A program made the position numbers and the translations under genes. DNA of 59,357 nt, taken from the NCBI GenBank assembly GCA_964569945.1, contig CAZMWI010000001.1:23565-82921 (forward strand), given 5' to 3'. Source of the DNA: an uncultured Ignavibacteriaceae bacterium (GTDB taxonomy: Bacteria > Zixibacteria > MSB-5A5 > GN15 > PGXB01). Each line of letters starts with the position of its first letter. Position 1 is the first letter of the stretch. The notes beneath the pieces are model-generated. The model was given only the letters and a program-made list of their open reading frames with translations. It was not told where the DNA came from and did no database searches. Below are positions 47,482-55,617 of this stretch, piece by piece.

Positions 47482-48334
47482 TTTCGCTTCCTTCCGGCTC
47501 CGCCAGATAGTTTTTCTTGTTCATCTGATTGATTTCCCGGTCCCGGTATGGCCGTCCGCTTTCGGAAAGCGGCCTTAGCAATTCGCCGTCAAGCTTCAAA
47601 TTAAGAACGCTGGGATTGCCCGCGGAAATCAGGAAACGGTAATCGGCCGACAAATTGCGTACAGCCCCGCCGGGCAGGTTGCGGTTGAGCACCGTGTCAC
47701 CATCGGCAAGAACCATCACCCAGCAGGAATCACTGGTAGCAACCTGCAGGTTCATCTTCTTAACCGGCTCGTACTCCGGCATTTCTATTTTAACTTCCTG
47801 CAGCGTCGAATCCTCGACGGCCGCCGATGGCTCCTGAGAGGCAAGGGCTGCACCGTGCTCGTTGTCTGTCGTCGTGTTTTCCGACGACTGCACCGTCGAA
47901 GGTTCCTGTGATTTGTTTCCCATAACCGACCAGACGACAATCGCTATAAATATTACGATGATTATCCCACCCAGCCAGGCCGATAGTTTAACAAAGGAAA
48001 AGCCCCCTCCCTTTTTCTTGTCCTCTTTTTTGTCTTCCTTTTTGGGCTGTTTTTGCGATGACTTGGCCGATGGTTCAATTTCCGTTTCCGCCTCTTCGGC
48101 CATTTTCAATTCTTCGAAAAGTTCATCGGGATTCAATTCCATTTCCTTGGCGTACGAATGAGCGAACATATCGTAGTACACGTTCGACGGAAAAGAAGCG
48201 ATGTTACCGTCTTCAATAGCCTGAAGATATTCGATCGAGGTTTTTGTATCTTCGGAAATATCTTCCAGTGACAGGCCCAGCTTTTCGCGGCGGGCCTTTA
48301 ATTTTTCTCCGATTTTTTTATGCGCTTCGGACAT
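47468..48334 (-). CDS. RodZ-like cytoskeleton protein (XRE-type HTH, TM helix, C-terminal DUF4115-like domain)
   Basis: The N-terminal HTH is IGEKLKARREKLGLSLEDISEDTKTSIEYLQAIEDGN. It is followed by an acidic/basic linker, one TM helix (LSAWLGGIIIVIFIAIVVWSV) and a C-terminal beta-rich domain. Confidence 0.75.
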   Translation of the reverse strand: MSEAHKKIGEKLKARREKLGLSLEDISEDTKTSIEYLQAIEDGNIASFPSNVYYDMFAHSYAKEMELNPDELFEELKMAEEAETEIEPSAKSSQKQPKKEDKKEDKKKGGGFSFVKLSAWLGGIIIVIFIAIVVWSVMGNKSQEPSTVQSSENTTTDNEHGAALASQEPSAAVEDSTLQEVKIEMPEYEPVKKMNLQVATSDSCWVMVLADGDTVLNRNLPGGAVRNLSADYRFLISAGNPSVLNLKLDGELLRPLSESGRPYRDREINQMNKKNYLAEPEGSESETP

Positions 48335-48338
48335 ATTA

Positions 48339-48950
48339 TTATTTTCCTGCTAATAATTTGCCCGCCAGGTCGTTAACAAGCGTCATAGGCAGGCCGATTA
48401 TATTATCTACGTTGCCTTTGTAAGTGTCAACTAAAAAAGCTCCGAAACCCTGTATTCCGTAGGCTCCGGCCTTGTCGAGCGGTTCCCCGGTTTCAATATA
48501 TTGCCTGATTTCATCGTCTGTTACTTTATTAAAAAATACGTCGGTTTGCTCGTAACCCGATACCGCCCGGCCGTCCGGTTGCACCAAAGCGACCGCCGAG
48601 CAGACAGTGTGTTTCTGGCCGGATAATTGTGACAGAATCTCAAAGGCGTGGTCTTTGGATTCCGGCTTGCCCAGTATGGCAGTATTGAGAACGACAATCG
48701 TGTCGGACCCAAGGATTACTTCGCGCCCGGTCGTTTCTTTTAAAAACGCTTTTGCCTTTTTTCGGGCGAGATTTTAGGCCAGTTGTTACCGTGGAACTTC
48801 CGAATCGCCGTTTTCGTCGATATCGGGAATAATCTGACGAAAGGCGATTCCGTTCTCCGTAAGAATTCTGACTCGTCGCGGCGATCCTGAAGCCAGCACG
48901 AGATCGTATCGTTCAAGCAGAGCGGCGAGGTTGCTGTAGTTCTTTGTCAT
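48339..48950 (-). pseudogene. maf: Maf-family nucleoside-triphosphate pyrophosphatase interrupted by two in-frame TAA codons
   Basis: A single frame reads MTKNYSNLAALLERYDLVLASGSPRRVRIL...DSEVPR-TAA-QLA-TAA-NLARKKAKAFL...ILGSDTIVVL...LSGQKHTV...DKAGAYGIQG...IIGLPM. The stops are at 48788-48786 and 48776-48774. Maf motifs lie on both sides of the stops. Confidence 0.85.
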
Positions 48951-49380
48951 CAAGCCATATCGTAACCGGACCGTCATTGACCAGCGACACTTCCATTTTG
49001 GCGGCGAAAATGCCCCCGGCCACTTTTAGCCCGGATTTGTTTAATTCCGTTTTCAATAATTCATACAATTGTTCGGCCTTTTCCGGCGGCATACTTTTTT
49101 CGAAAGCCGGACGCCGACCCTTGCGGCAGTTAGCATAAAGCGTAAATTGAGAGACAACCAGCAGTTCTCCGTGTATGTCTTCAACCGACAGATTCATCTT
49201 GCCTTCGTCGTCCTCGAAAATCCTCATACCCAGGCATTTTTCAGCCATCCGCGAGACCCATTCCTCGCTGTCGCCTTTGCCGAAACCGCAGAAAATCAAT
49301 AGCCCCCGACCAATTTCGCCGACCGTCTTATTGTCGACCTTTACAGAGGCCCGGGACACTCTTTGCAATAAAATCCTCAT
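48913..49380 (-). CDS. dtd: D-aminoacyl-tRNA deacylase
   Basis: Contains MRILLQRVSRASVKV, SQFTLYA and NDGPVTI motifs. I prefer the start at ATG 49380 rather than the ORF-track 49425. Confidence 0.9.
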   Translation of the reverse strand: MRILLQRVSRASVKVDNKTVGEIGRGLLIFCGFGKGDSEEWVSRMAEKCLGMRIFEDDEGKMNLSVEDIHGELLVVSQFTLYANCRKGRRPAFEKSMPPEKAEQLYELLKTELNKSGLKVAGGIFAAKMEVSLVNDGPVTIWLDDKELQQPRRSA

Positions 49381-49483
49381 AATAACAAAGCCAAATATAG
49401 CAATGCTTCGTATAATCTCAAACAATTATAATTGCGCCTAAAAATCTCAACTGTTATTATCAAAACACGCGTTACGCCAAGGG

Positions 49484-52400
49484 GTGGAAATGGACATCAG
49501 TAATTTGACATTAGGGATTGATATCGGCTCAGTTTCGGTCAAGCTGGCCGTGGTGAATGAATCCGGCGAAGTGGTTCGGACGTTGTACCGCCGTTTTCAT
49601 GGAAGGCCCTTTCAGACGTTAAGATCTGTCCTGCTGAGCGACTTCAAGGATTTTACCCGCCGACCGATTAAAATCGGCTTCACCGGAATCGGCGGCCGGA
49701 CCGGCAGCACTATTCTGGGCGGCAAGTTTTTTGGCGAGATTCCGTCGCTGGCCGCCGGTAACTATCTGACGGCGCCCGTGGTTAAAACTGTTATCGAAAT
49801 GGGGGGAGAGGACTCGAAGTTTCTCTCTCTCGATATCGAGCAAAAAACGGTTCTCGATTTCGGCATGAACAACCTGTGTGCCGCCGGAACCGGTTCTTTT
49901 CTCGATCAACAGGCGGGAAGACTGAAAATATCCATCGACGATGAATTCGGCAAGATGGCCCTCAAATCACCCAATCCGCCACGTATCGCCGGGCGTTGTT
50001 CGGTATTCGCCAAATCAGACATGATTCACCTTCAGCAGATAGCTACTCCGGATTATGATATAGTAGCCGGGCTGTGTTATGCCGTTGCTCGTAATTTCAA
50101 AAGCGCTATTGCCCGTGGGAAGAAATTTATCAAGCCAATTGCTTTTGAGGGCGGCGTGGCGGCCAATCCCGGAGTCGTTAGAGCTTTCACCGATATTCTG
50201 GAACTCAATCCCGGCGAGCTGATTATCCCGCAGCATTATAATGTCATGGGAGCCATCGGAGCCGCCCAACTGGCTTTCTCTCAGCCCGACGAAGAAGCCG
50301 TCAAAATCGACCCTGAGAAAATCACCGGTTATCTCAGATATCGCGGGGTCCCCAAGGGATCGCGCGAGGCGCTCAGTTTCGATTATCCCGATTCCAAATA
50401 TTATTATATAACCCGCCAGCGCTACCGCGACAGCCTCGAAAATCTCGAGGTTTATCTCGGCATAGACGTCGGGTCACTTTCAACCAATGTCGTTTTGATC
50501 GACCGCGGGAAAAATGTCGTGGCCCGCCGCTACCTGATGACCGAGGGTCGGCCAATTGAGGCCATTCGCCGGGGACTGACTGAAATCGGGGCGGAAGTTG
50601 GCCAGAAAGTCAAAGTGGTCGGGGTCGGGACCACCGGGTCGGGGCGTTACCTGACCGGAGATTTTGTCGGGGCAGATATCATCAAGAACGAAATTACCGC
50701 CCAGGCGACGGCGGCAATAAATATTGACCCAACCGTCGATACCATTTTCGAGATCGGCGGGCAGGATTCCAAGTATGTGGCGCTTCACAATAAAACCGTA
50801 ATCGACTTTGAGATGAATAAAGCCTGTGCCGCCGGAACCGGATCGTTCTTGCAGGAGCAGGCCGAGAAACTGGAAATAAACATCGAGCGCGAATTCGGCG
50901 ACCGGGCCCTTTCGGCCAAATGTCCGGTCGGTTGCGGCGAACGGTGTACCGTCTTTATGGAGTCTGACCTGGTCGGGCATCAAAGAGCCGGAGCCGGGAC
51001 CGATGACTTAATCGCCGGGCTGGCCTATTCGATTGCTTCGAACTATTTGACACGCGTGGTCGGCGACCGGAAAATCGGCGACAATATCTTTTTCCAGGGC
51101 GGTGTCGCCTGGAATAAAGGCGTCGTAGCCGCCTTTGAGAGGTTGACCGGCAAAAGGATTACCGTCCCGCCGCATCACGATATCACCGGGGCCATCGGGG
51201 CCGCGATTCTGGCTATGGAGCAAGACACGGGTGGTGGCAGCAAATTCAAGGGCTTCGATATCTCGAAGCGCAAATACAATATATCGACTTTTCCGTGCAC
51301 GGACTGCTCCAATATGTGTGATATCCGCAAAGTCGAAGTGGAAGGCGAGGAGCCGCTTTATTACGGCAGCCGGTGCGAAAAATACGATGTCCGACAGGAC
51401 AAGACCAAAATCAAAATGCCGGACCATTTTAATTTCCGAATGCGCCAGCTTATGCGCCGCTATATTGATGTCAACGTCGACGTGGAACCGCGCGGGCGGG
51501 TAGGCATCCCGAGGGTATTGCACTTCTACGAATTTTTCCCGTACTGGAAGGCCTTTTTCGAGTCGCTCGGTTTTGAGGTCATAACCAGTGATATGTCCAA
51601 CCACGAGATAGTCGAAAGCTCACTGGAAAAATTCGAGGCGGAAACCTGCTTCCCGATTAAGATAGCCTTCGGCCATGTGGATAATCTGATATGCAAAAAA
51701 GTTGATTATATATTCCTTCCGGGCATTATTAAATACACGCAGAGTCGTCAGGATGAGCAGGGCAGCTATATCTGTCCCTATGTTCAATCGATTTCGAATA
51801 CGGTCTCGACGAAGTTCGATTTCGATGCGGCGGGTATAAAATTTCTCGGCAAACCACTCAGAATCGATTCCAATAAAGCGTTGATGATTAATCAATTACA
51901 CGGCATTATTAAAACTATGGGTTTAAGTGAACGGGAAGTGGGGAAAGCCCTGTCGAAGGCCAGCCGGGCTTATTCACTTTACCGCCAGAGCCTGATCGAG
52001 GAAGGTCAGAGAATACTGGATGATTTACGACCCGACGAAAAGTGCATTGTCATCATAAGCCGACCGTACAATGGCTTCGACCGTCGCCTGTCGCTGGAGA
52101 TACCATCGAAAATTCGGAGCATGAATCTGAGAGTCATCCCGATGGATTTCCTGCCTCTGGAGCTTCAGGCCGAAGAGCTTGATACGATGTATTGGCTGTA
52201 TGGCCGAAAAATTCTGGCCGCCGCCAAATTTATCCGGGAGCATCCCAACCTGTTTGCGGTCTATCTATCGTCGTTCGGCTGCGGTCCGGATTCGTTCATA
52301 ACACACTTCTTTCGCAGGCAGATGTCCGGCAAGCCGTATCTGCAATTGGAACTTGATGAACATTCGGCCGACGCCGGAATGATTACCAGAGTTGAGGCGT

Positions 52401-53701
52401 TTCTTGATTCGTTGCGGTTTTATCGGTTCAAACCGCCGGTGACAGAGTACAAGCCCAAATTGAGGCGGTTTTCTCCGTCGAAAAAGACTATATACATCCC
52501 CAACATGTGTGACCACGCTTATGCCGTCGCGGCGGCGTTCCGGAAGTCCGGGGTGATGGCCGAGGTTATGGACGAGCCGGATGAACTCAGCCTGCAGTAT
52601 GGCAAAAAATTCACGTCGGGTAAAGAATGTTTCCCGTGCGTCGTCACTACCGGCGATATGATAAAGAAACTCCACAGCGACAATTTTGATCCGGGCAAAG
52701 CCGTCTTTTTCATGCCGGGGGCGAACGGGCCGTGCCGGTTCGGGCAGTACAGTCAATATCACCGTATCATACTCGATGAATTGGGATATAAAGAGATCCC
52801 GATCTATTCGCCCAATTCGGATACATCATATTCGGACTTCGACCTCGACGACACCACTTTCCGTAAAATCGGTTGGGCCGGCATAGTTTTTGTCGACTGC
52901 CTTCAGAAAATGCTTTTCCGCTGCCGTCCCCACGAAATAAAGAGCGGCCAGACGGAGCGCATCTATTATAAATACCTGAACCTGATGCAGGATTACATAA
53001 TCAAGGATCAGGACCTGTACGACCTGGCCCGCAAGGCAGGTGCGGAATTTGCCCGGATACCCCTCGATCATATCGACCGGCCGGTTATCGGTGTGGTCGG
53101 TGAGATTTACCTCCGCAATAACAGATTTTCAAACAACCACCTGATAACCAAGCTGGAATCGCTGGGGGCGGAGGTGCGCCTGGCATCATTCGCCGAATGG
53201 GTTAATTATACGTCGTATACTTATCGTCTCGACGCCAAATACAACCGTGAATGGAAGAGCTGGGTGTCCGGATTTTTGCAGGGATCATACCAGAATCGCA
53301 TCGAACAGAAGATAGAGAAGTTGTTCAGCCGAGAGTTTGCGATCCCCCACGAAACACCGGTCACCAAGATAATCGGCCTGGCGGAACCATACCTTCCGGT
53401 CTCGGTCCGGGGAGAGGCGGTGCTGTCTATTGGCAAGGCTATCGACCTCGTGAACGAAGGCGCCGGGGGAATAGTTAACAGCATGCCGTTTAACTGCATG
53501 CCGGGGACAATCGTATCATCGCTGTCGAGAAAGGTCTCCTCCGACCTCGATAACCTGCCCTGGCTGAATATAAGCTATGAGGGTCTTCAGGACAGCGGTG
53601 AAGAAACCCGCATCGAAGCCTTTGTCGATCAAGTGCGCGGAAAGTGCCGCAATCTGGCGGACGGTCATAGTGCAGCCAAGGGAACAAAAAAAGTAACATG
53701 A
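49484..53701 (+). CDS. Fused 2-hydroxyacyl-CoA-dehydratase-activase-like protein: two BcrAD/BadFG ATPase domains plus a large C-terminal DUF2229-type region
   Basis: A 1405-aa protein with two acetate/sugar-kinase-fold ATPase units. Each has GIDIGS/GIDVGS phosphate-1 loops, the cluster-bridging Cys motifs CAAGTGSF (twice) and RCSVF/RCTVF. The long C-terminal part resembles dehydratase-component-like proteins of unknown substrate. The start is GTG 49484 or ATG 49490. Confidence 0.85.
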   Translation: MEMDISNLTLGIDIGSVSVKLAVVNESGEVVRTLYRRFHGRPFQTLRSVLLSDFKDFTRRPIKIGFTGIGGRTGSTILGGKFFGEIPSLAAGNYLTAPVVKTVIEMGGEDSKFLSLDIEQKTVLDFGMNNLCAAGTGSFLDQQAGRLKISIDDEFGKMALKSPNPPRIAGRCSVFAKSDMIHLQQIATPDYDIVAGLCYAVARNFKSAIARGKKFIKPIAFEGGVAANPGVVRAFTDILELNPGELIIPQHYNVMGAIGAAQLAFSQPDEEAVKIDPEKITGYLRYRGVPKGSREALSFDYPDSKYYYITRQRYRDSLENLEVYLGIDVGSLSTNVVLIDRGKNVVARRYLMTEGRPIEAIRRGLTEIGAEVGQKVKVVGVGTTGSGRYLTGDFVGADIIKNEITAQATAAINIDPTVDTIFEIGGQDSKYVALHNKTVIDFEMNKACAAGTGSFLQEQAEKLEINIEREFGDRALSAKCPVGCGERCTVFMESDLVGHQRAGAGTDDLIAGLAYSIASNYLTRVVGDRKIGDNIFFQGGVAWNKGVVAAFERLTGKRITVPPHHDITGAIGAAILAMEQDTGGGSKFKGFDISKRKYNISTFPCTDCSNMCDIRKVEVEGEEPLYYGSRCEKYDVRQDKTKIKMPDHFNFRMRQLMRRYIDVNVDVEPRGRVGIPRVLHFYEFFPYWKAFFESLGFEVITSDMSNHEIVESSLEKFEAETCFPIKIAFGHVDNLICKKVDYIFLPGIIKYTQSRQDEQGSYICPYVQSISNTVSTKFDFDAAGIKFLGKPLRIDSNKALMINQLHGIIKTMGLSEREVGKALSKASRAYSLYRQSLIEEGQRILDDLRPDEKCIVIISRPYNGFDRRLSLEIPSKIRSMNLRVIPMDFLPLELQAEELDTMYWLYGRKILAAAKFIREHPNLFAVYLSSFGCGPDSFITHFFRRQMSGKPYLQLELDEHSADAGMITRVEAFLDSLRFYRFKPPVTEYKPKLRRFSPSKKTIYIPNMCDHAYAVAAAFRKSGVMAEVMDEPDELSLQYGKKFTSGKECFPCVVTTGDMIKKLHSDNFDPGKAVFFMPGANGPCRFGQYSQYHRIILDELGYKEIPIYSPNSDTSYSDFDLDDTTFRKIGWAGIVFVDCLQKMLFRCRPHEIKSGQTERIYYKYLNLMQDYIIKDQDLYDLARKAGAEFARIPLDHIDRPVIGVVGEIYLRNNRFSNNHLITKLESLGAEVRLASFAEWVNYTSYTYRLDAKYNREWKSWVSGFLQGSYQNRIEQKIEKLFSREFAIPHETPVTKIIGLAEPYLPVSVRGEAVLSIGKAIDLVNEGAGGIVNSMPFNCMPGTIVSSLSRKVSSDLDNLPWLNISYEGLQDSGEETRIEAFVDQVRGKCRNLADGHSAAKGTKKVT

Positions 53702-53743
53702 CGTTTAATCATACGATGAACTTTAACATGCAGGAGAAAACTG

Positions 53744-54070
53744 ATGAGTAAGCCTGTTGCAGTAACGGACGACACCTTTGAAAGCGAAGTAGTTAAAGCT
53801 GATATACCAGTCGTAGTAGATTTCTGGGCCACTTGGTGCGGCCCGTGCAAAATGATAGCACCCATATTGGAAGAAGTCGCCACTGAATATGACGGCAAAC
53901 TTAAGGTCGCCAAAGTGGATGTTGATAATAACCAGAGAATAGCGGCTCAGTTCGGGATCATGTCGATCCCGTCTTTGCTGTTTTTCAAGCAGGGCAAGCT
54001 GGTGGACCAGGTAATAGGAGCCATACCGAAAGCTCAACTGCTTGACCGGTTGTCTAAAGTTTTGGGTTAA
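53744..54070 (+). CDS. trxA: Thioredoxin
   Basis: A 108-aa protein with the WCGPC active site in VVVDFWATWCGPCKMIAP. Confidence 0.95.
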   Translation: MSKPVAVTDDTFESEVVKADIPVVVDFWATWCGPCKMIAPILEEVATEYDGKLKVAKVDVDNNQRIAAQFGIMSIPSLLFFKQGKLVDQVIGAIPKAQLLDRLSKVLG

Positions 54071-54072
54071 AT

Positions 54073-54513
54073 ATGCCGGTTTATGATGGCGTCGGGGGAG
54101 GGTGGAAAAATCCCGATGACGGGGTTATAAAAAAGCTATTGGATGCATCCCGTACCATAGCCGTCGTGGGGATGTCCTCCAATCCCGACCGTCCATCGCA
54201 CGGCGTATCAGAGTTTTTGATCTCCGCCGGGTATAATGTCATCCCGGTCAATCCCAAAGAAAAAGAAATCATGGGCAAAAAGGCCTACCCTGATCTTAAG
54301 TCTATTCCCGAAAAAATCGATATTGTCGACGTCTTCCGCAAACCGGAGGCCGCCCCGGAGATTGTCAGGGAAGCGGTGGAAATTGGGGTACCGGCGGTTT
54401 GGCTTCAGGAATCGGTAATATCGTTTGACGCCTTCGCGACTGGAGAGAAGGCCGGATTAACCATGGTAATGGACCGCTGTATTTTTAAAGAGCACCGCCG
54501 GCTGTTCGGCTAA
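54073..54513 (+). CDS. CoA-binding domain protein (YccU/YneT-like)
   Basis: Contains TIAVVGMSSNPDRPSHGV, VIPVNPK and IDIVDVFR motifs of the CoA_binding_2 family. Confidence 0.8.
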   Translation: MPVYDGVGGGWKNPDDGVIKKLLDASRTIAVVGMSSNPDRPSHGVSEFLISAGYNVIPVNPKEKEIMGKKAYPDLKSIPEKIDIVDVFRKPEAAPEIVREAVEIGVPAVWLQESVISFDAFATGEKAGLTMVMDRCIFKEHRRLFG

Positions 54514-54525
54514 AGGACGAATGCT

Positions 54526-54621
54526 ATGGACTTCTATGACATATTATTCCTGATTATTTTCCTCGTTATCTGGTACGCCTTATTGCGTTTCGTATTGCCG
54601 AAGCTCGGGGTTAAGACGTGA
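54526..54621 (+). CDS. Possible 31-aa single-TM micro-protein (below the ORF-track threshold)
   Basis: The product is MDFYDILFLIIFLVIWYALLRFVLPKLGVKT. AAGGA lies about 8 nt upstream. No family is recognised, so this could be spurious. Confidence 0.25.
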   Translation: MDFYDILFLIIFLVIWYALLRFVLPKLGVKT

Positions 54622-54712
54622 GTGAGCGAGTCTTGTGGCGTCCAGTTGGATCCCGACGAAAAAAAGTCTTCCGAAGATACTACTTAGGGCATTTTTTATG
54701 CCTTTCCGCGGG

Positions 54713-54740
54713 TTGACATGCCGTCATCCGCGTATAAATT
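54713..54740 (+). promoter_or_regulatory. Candidate sigma70-type promoter for the rhomboid gene
   Basis: TTGACA (54713-54718), 16-nt spacer, TAAATT (54735-54740). Confidence 0.3.
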
Positions 54741-54784
54741 ATATGCCATAAAGACGTTCTCAAAATGTGCCGATAGGTTGAAAA

Positions 54785-55603
54785 ATGAGGTTTAATAACG
54801 GATTTTCAGGCGGGATGGGTTCGGTAAGAATCGGCCCGGGGGCGATAAGCCCGGTTATCAAGTATTTGATAATCATCAATTCCGTGGTACTGCTCGGCCA
54901 GCTTTATGGATCGAATACCATAACCGCTTTGTTCGGCCTTAATCCCTATCTGTTCTACAAAGACTTCCCGAACTACCTGTTCCAGCCTCTGACCTATATG
55001 TTCCTCCATGGCGGCTTTATGCACCTGATTATCAATATGTTTGTCCTGTGGATGTTCGGTACCGAAATAGAATTTCAATGGGGCTCGAAAAGTTTCCTTA
55101 AATATTATATTATGTGTGGACTGGGTGGAGCGCTGTTCTCGCTTATCTTCAACTATAGCTCGGCCAATACGATAGTCGGGGCGTCGGGCGCGATTTATGG
55201 CGTCCTGGCGGCCTACTGGCTGATGTTTCCCGAGCGGTATTTGCTTGTCTTCTTTATGATTCCGATGAAAGTCCGTTATGCCATCCCGTTTTTTGCCGTG
55301 TTGATGTTCCTCATTTCCGGACCCCATGTGGCCCATCTGGCTCACCTGGGCGGGGCCGTGATAGGTCTGGCGTATCTTAAGCTCGACTGGCGGCTTACGT
55401 CATTTCCCCGGTGGATTAAATCCTTGCGGTTCAGAAGAAAATCCGCTAAACTGGAGAAACGGCGCCAAAAAGCCGAAGATATAATGAAAAGGGTCGATGC
55501 TATCCTGGATAAGATAAACGAGGTTGGTATCGAGAATATTTCAAAGGAAGATCGTAAATTTCTCGAAAGTGCCAGCCAGATTTTATCCGGGGAAGATAAA
55601 TAG
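54785..55603 (+). CDS. Rhomboid-family intramembrane serine protease
   Basis: Six TM helices with FLHGGFMHLIINM, catalytic GASGAIYGV and AHLAHLGGA motifs. The C-terminal cytoplasmic tail is basic. Confidence 0.9.
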   Translation: MRFNNGFSGGMGSVRIGPGAISPVIKYLIIINSVVLLGQLYGSNTITALFGLNPYLFYKDFPNYLFQPLTYMFLHGGFMHLIINMFVLWMFGTEIEFQWGSKSFLKYYIMCGLGGALFSLIFNYSSANTIVGASGAIYGVLAAYWLMFPERYLLVFFMIPMKVRYAIPFFAVLMFLISGPHVAHLAHLGGAVIGLAYLKLDWRLTSFPRWIKSLRFRRKSAKLEKRRQKAEDIMKRVDAILDKINEVGIENISKEDRKFLESASQILSGEDK

Positions 55604-55617
55604 CCGGAAGGTACGTA

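Noticed and set aside
48774-48788. Genetic-code reassignment of TAA as an explanation for the in-frame stops in maf and rubrerythrin
   Set aside because: TAA terminates many genes here exactly where homologues end: ssb at DDDLPF, nuoL, nuoN, nadA, the Prx and both T9SS cargo proteins ending ...LLK / ...MLK. A global reassignment is therefore not tenable.
49411-49432. Two TATAAT boxes (49411-49416 and 49427-49432, the latter within the palindrome AATTATAATT) between dtd and the activase gene
   Set aside because: Neither box has a credible -35 element at 16-18 nt on either strand. I did not call them as promoters, though they support the shorter dtd start at 49380.
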